Assembly (NCBI GenBank): GCA_965226495.1
Contig: OZ245365.1
Span: 2,528,001-2,592,000, forward strand
From: Candidatus Marinacidobacterales bacterium
GTDB lineage: Bacteria > Acidobacteriota > Vicinamibacteria > Marinacidobacterales > DATDRI01
Direction of reading: 5' to 3'
Length of the DNA: 64,000 nt
Shown here: piece by piece, positions 59,889 through 64,000 of the stretch
Position numbering within the stretch: the stretch's first letter is position 1
Layout: each line of letters starts with the position of its first letter
Translations under genes and position numbers: made by a program
The notes under the pieces: generated by a model
The model's input: only the letters and a program-made list of their open reading frames with translations
Databases searched by the model: none
Told to the model about the DNA's origin: nothing

Positions 59889-60256
59889 AGTTACACCAAT
59901 CTCTCCACGCTCTTGCTAGCCATCGGAGAGGACTTGCCCGCTGGTTTTCCGAACCGCTCGCCGTTCCTTCAAGACCCACCGCGACGAGATCGCCACGGCT
60001 CTCCGCAAAACGGTCCCCCCCGGTATGCCGCCAAAAGATTCCCAGGCGTTACTCACTACGAGGCGTGGGAAATCAACCCGGAGCATGTCGCAGCGGCCCC
60101 GACGGCAAAAGTGACCGCGAGACGGTCGGCTAGCGCGTGCCCAGCGAGTCTCACTCGTACCACCTTAGGCTGCGTCCCAAAGGGGTGAATGTGGCAAATC
60201 CTCCAACTTTCAAAAAACACTCAAATGCCCTTAGAATCCCCACGGAGGACCTTGGG

Positions 60257-60769
60257 ATGAAAACACCGGTCAACAGACAAACAGTCGACTTGAGCGCATT
60301 TCCTGATCTCGTGGTCATATATCTGGGTATGCGTGTGCGAACCATACAAGGCGTAAAGATGTTACTGGGCATAGGGCCTCAGATTGACAAGGCAGGGGCC
60401 GGACGACCCGACGGGCTCTTGCATTACGAGAATAGAATTATTTTCAGTGTTTTCCCCCTACATCTAGGAATGAGGTGGTACTGGAAAGACTTCGAGTCCA
60501 TGGAACAATGGACGCGCTCGGAGCCGCACAGCACCTGGTGGAAAGACTTCTTACAGAATTCCAGAGGCACCGGCTTTTGGCACGAAACGTACTTTATGCG
60601 AGGAGGGATGGAGGCGGTGTATGACGATGTATCCAAACCCATGGGGTTCCAGGCGTTTGCGGGTTCGGTCCCAGCACGCGGGTCGATGTTTGCCGCTCGC
60701 CGCCGGCTCGGCGTAGCGGGCGACACACCAGCCAATCCGGAGGGCATGGACGAGAAAAATCTCTACTAG
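60257..60769 (+). CDS. DUF4188/monooxygenase-like dimeric alpha-beta barrel protein
   Basis: VVIYLGMRV, YWKDFESME.W...PH and GFWHETY motifs. Confidence 0.75.
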   Translation: MKTPVNRQTVDLSAFPDLVVIYLGMRVRTIQGVKMLLGIGPQIDKAGAGRPDGLLHYENRIIFSVFPLHLGMRWYWKDFESMEQWTRSEPHSTWWKDFLQNSRGTGFWHETYFMRGGMEAVYDDVSKPMGFQAFAGSVPARGSMFAARRRLGVAGDTPANPEGMDEKNLY

Positions 60770-60825
60770 CCGATTCGGCCGTCCAACTACCCGTTCAACC
60801 TAGCTACATCACACGGGAGGATCCA

Positions 60826-61272
60826 ATGAATCTACCCAACGCGCCTGTCCCATCCGAGGGCTTTCTCGTCACACACTTTCTAACGGTGAACGACCAGGTC
60901 AAATCGCGAAACTTCTACGCCGGGATCCTCGGGGGCAAAGTGCTCGCTCCAGAGAATCCGTGCATTATCAAGTTGGCGAATTCCTGGATCATCCTCAACA
61001 GCGGAGGAGGCCCGACGCCCGACAAGCCGGATGTCACGCTCGAACCTCCTCAAAGCTCGACTCGTGTTAACAGTTTCCTGAATCTCCGCGTCGCCGATGC
61101 TCAAGCTTGTTATGCCGAATGGAAGGCCAAGGGAGCCGAGTTCATCACCGAGCCTCTGGACAACCACGGCTGGGAAACGAGATGTTACATGCGCGACCCG
61201 GACGGTTACATCATCGAAGTAGGACAGTCGAGCCAGAAGATGGTTGAGCTTTTACAGAGTTTCGCAACGTGA
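60826..61272 (+). CDS. VOC/glyoxalase family protein
   Basis: HFLTV.D...S..FY...LG and RDPDGYIIEV motifs. Confidence 0.85.
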   Translation: MNLPNAPVPSEGFLVTHFLTVNDQVKSRNFYAGILGGKVLAPENPCIIKLANSWIILNSGGGPTPDKPDVTLEPPQSSTRVNSFLNLRVADAQACYAEWKAKGAEFITEPLDNHGWETRCYMRDPDGYIIEVGQSSQKMVELLQSFAT

Positions 61273-61302
61273 AACCGGGGGAAATCGAAAGGAGGAAGAC
61301 TG

Positions 61303-61809
61303 ATGGCCAGAAACCGTTGCCGATGAACTCCGAGCTAGCGGCGTGGCGAACGTAATCGAGCCTGCCCATCCTGACTACGACCGTGCCCGACGCGTCTGGA
61401 ATGGTGACATTGACCGTCGCCCGACGGTGATCGTCCAGTGCCAGGGTGTGGCGGACGTTATCGCCGCGGTGAACGCCTCCCGCGAACACACCATGACCCT
61501 GGCGATCCGTGGCGGGGCTCACAACGTAGCCGGACACGCCACCTGTGACGACGGCATGGTGATCGACGTCTCCCCGATGAAGGGGATCTGGGTTGCGCCC
61601 GGCCGAATGATGGCGAGCGCCCAGACGGGGGTGGTCTGGAGGGAGCTCGATCGCGAGACACAGACCTCAATCACTTGGCCGGTGACGATAGCGCCGAAAA
61701 AGTACGCGTGTCATACGGTGCGAACCACAAAAGACTTGCCGCGATCAAGGCGACGTACGATCCAGGAAACCTATTTCGACTAAACGCGAACGTCCAGCCG
61801 GCTTCATGA
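61303..61809 (+). pseudogene. FAD-linked (BBE-like) oxidoreductase with internal deletion
   Basis: YDRARRVWNG and RGGAHNVAG motifs, then out of frame SYGANHKRLAAIKATYDPGNLFRLNANV*; start codon also out of frame. Confidence 0.8.
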
Positions 61810-61857
61810 CTTGGCCGCGACCCGGCACATCAACCGGCCCAATGCGAGGGATGAGAC

Positions 61858-62247
61858 ATGACTGACCCAGTACGCTTCGACCCTTCAATCCATACTGTGG
61901 GGCTAACCCGTGATCTGTTGGCATCGCTAGTTCCGGCCAGGCCCGACCCGCCTATTCCATTCGAGGGCGTCACAATCGGTGTAGCGACGATGAAGGAGAG
62001 CTCTCCTCACGGCGGAGAGATGCATCCGGATGGAGATGAAGTGCTCTACTTGATAAGCGGTCGGGTTCGAGTCACGCTCGAACGCGCCCCCGCTGAGAAA
62101 GTTGACGAGCTCGTGATGCAACCGGGCGACGGATTGATCGTGCCAAAAGGTGTCTGCCACCGTGTTGATGTTCTCGAGCCCTGCCAGATCGTATACGTGA
62201 CTCCAGGCCCCCGCGGTGAGTACCGGCCGCTTGAAAGCGCTGGCTAA
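61858..62247 (+). CDS. Cupin domain protein
   Basis: EMHPDGDEVLYLISG and IVPKGVCH motifs. Confidence 0.85.
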   Translation: MTDPVRFDPSIHTVGLTRDLLASLVPARPDPPIPFEGVTIGVATMKESSPHGGEMHPDGDEVLYLISGRVRVTLERAPAEKVDELVMQPGDGLIVPKGVCHRVDVLEPCQIVYVTPGPRGEYRPLESAG

Positions 62248-62268
62248 GAAACGGGGCGCGGTCGAGCC

Positions 62269-63663
62269 TTAACCGGGGGCGACAGGAAGCGCCATCCGCA
62301 CCGTGGTACCTTCTCCCTCGACGCTTTCGAGAGCTAATCGTCCTCCCATTTCCTCGATGTTCCGCTTGCTCATGGGCAGGCCGAGTCGCAGCGCGATGCG
62401 CCCCGCCTTGCGGGTCAAGCCGAGCTGGAAGATTTCCGGCATCATCGTGGCAGGGATGCCCTTGCCGTTATCGGCCAGTTCGACCTGAATCCAACCATCG
62501 AGCTCGCGCGCCGAGACGCGAACAACTCCCTTGCCTTCGATCGCCTCGACCGCATTCTGCAGAACACAAAGGAACACCCGGTTGAGCTTTGCGGGAAAGC
62601 ACATAACCGGCGGCACCGTTTCGGCATAGTCACGTACAACCTCGATCCGGTCGTGAAGGGACGGACCGAGAATCGCCAAGGCCCCGTCAATCCCGAGGCG
62701 CACATCCAATGGCTTGTGTTCCGCCTCGTCCAACCCGATGAAGTGCCCGAGCCCTTCGACGACCGTCGAGATGCGCCCCGTGCTCACCGCAAGCGAGTCG
62801 CAGAGTTGAGAGGAGACCTCGATGGCACGGAGCGCGGCTTGCCCGTCGGGATGGTTGCCGTCCGCGTGCTGGGCAACGACCTTCCCCCAACGCGCCACGG
62901 CTGTGGTAATCGTGTTAGCCGCGGACCGAATCGAACCGAGAGGCGTATTCACCTCGTGTAAAAGCCCCGCAACCAGCCGCCCTAGGATGGCCTGGTTCTC
63001 GGCCTCGATCATCTGCGCCTGGGTGGCCTGCAGGTCTCGGAGTGTTCTGGCCAGCTCACGCGATCGTGCCTCGAGCTGCGCTTCGGCGATGATCGTTCTA
63101 CGATGGGAGTAGTAAGAAATAAATGCTATGAGCGCCGCCGTCATGATGAGGGCCAGGCCGTAGTACATGTGCGAGGTCTCGGAATCGAAGCCCACGAGAG
63201 ATGGAACGTTGTCACCCCACAAAACGAGAGCAATGAAGGTAGCGAGACCGGCGACTACAAACAACGCGGCTGTTCTCCGATGTCTGGGCGAGTAGAGGAG
63301 CGTCACACCGCCCAGGATCGGCAAGAAGTAGAAGTGGTTCCCGGAGGCCGTCCCAAACGCGAAGGTAAACGTGAGTTGGGTCGCGAACGCTGCGATGCAT
63401 AAAAACGTCGTGGCGGCCCAATACAGCCTTCGTTGGTTCAACCAGGGCGGAAGCGAATAAAGCGCGGCGCTCAAGAGCGGCGGCCCAAGCTGAACGGAGA
63501 CTCGGTTCTCCACGGACAGGTTCACGACAAGATAGATTAAACTCACGAACATTCCCAACAAGCTCACCGAGTTGGTCAAAACGACATATTTTGCGTCGGA
63601 TGGTGGGTTTTCGGGTGTGACACCGAGATGCGTCAACTCGTGCAAGACGTGGCGAAGTGACAT
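62269..63663 (-). CDS. Membrane sensor histidine kinase
   Basis: About 6 TM segments; GLLHEVNTPLG H-box; NAVEA and DNGKGI; start set at MSLRHV. Confidence 0.85.
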   Translation of the reverse strand: MSLRHVLHELTHLGVTPENPPSDAKYVVLTNSVSLLGMFVSLIYLVVNLSVENRVSVQLGPPLLSAALYSLPPWLNQRRLYWAATTFLCIAAFATQLTFTFAFGTASGNHFYFLPILGGVTLLYSPRHRRTAALFVVAGLATFIALVLWGDNVPSLVGFDSETSHMYYGLALIMTAALIAFISYYSHRRTIIAEAQLEARSRELARTLRDLQATQAQMIEAENQAILGRLVAGLLHEVNTPLGSIRSAANTITTAVARWGKVVAQHADGNHPDGQAALRAIEVSSQLCDSLAVSTGRISTVVEGLGHFIGLDEAEHKPLDVRLGIDGALAILGPSLHDRIEVVRDYAETVPPVMCFPAKLNRVFLCVLQNAVEAIEGKGVVRVSARELDGWIQVELADNGKGIPATMMPEIFQLGLTRKAGRIALRLGLPMSKRNIEEMGGRLALESVEGEGTTVRMALPVAPG

Positions 63664-64000
63664 GGTTTCGAGCTCGACTGTCGGAGCAGAGGGCTTCCGG
63701 GCACCCACTTCCCCACTGCAGACAGTATTGGGCGCTAGGATAGTCCTTCCCTTGGGGACACGCCAGACGTGACGCTGCGATGTGCAAAAACAGTGGTAAC
63801 AACCACAGTTTGCCGGCAGCCCTCGACGATTGGACACGGGACGAGCTCTTCGTACCGAAGCTTTCGTTTCACTAGCGGCTTTCGGATCTATGGGAAACGA
63901 TACCGCCCGTAGGCTGTCCTTGTGAGCCACGAACGGCAGCAGTATTCAATGTAACATGTCGGTGCGAGCGAGGACGCTGCGGCTCTATCAGGGCTCTCTC

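Overview
GC-rich (by eye ~60%) bacterial accessory region. Gene types suggest Acidobacteriota or a similar MAG (kinase plus beta-propeller fusions, PEP-CTERM, many Tat and lipoprotein signals); this is inference. Layout: (1) 1-20 kb, a cluster of exported amide/peptide hydrolases (M19, D-aminoacylase, M20, two identical DUF885 copies in a 2,031-bp direct duplication around an AT-rich M23 gene, three amidohydrolases). (2) 13.2-16.8 kb, an FG-GAP/CRTAC1-like ORF and an ASPIC/UnbV-redoxin-TPR ORF in the same frame, separated only by one UGA followed by a hairpin closely resembling the E. coli fdhF SECIS. This is the best candidate for a new system: a ~1,221-aa exported selenoprotein. (3) 20-30 kb, mixed genes. 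(4) 30-41 kb, a cluster of exported oxidases. (5) 42-55 kb, a chaperone/stress island (lid-less DnaK-like, stand-alone Clp AAA+, LtrA, bacilliredoxin, groESL, XRE regulator, SPFH, cspA) with a shared candidate operator and a structured cspA leader. (6) 55-64 kb, mixed and decaying genes. Many genes are broken by short tandem duplications or large internal deletions. No rRNA, tRNA, CRISPR array, transposase or integrase was recognised.
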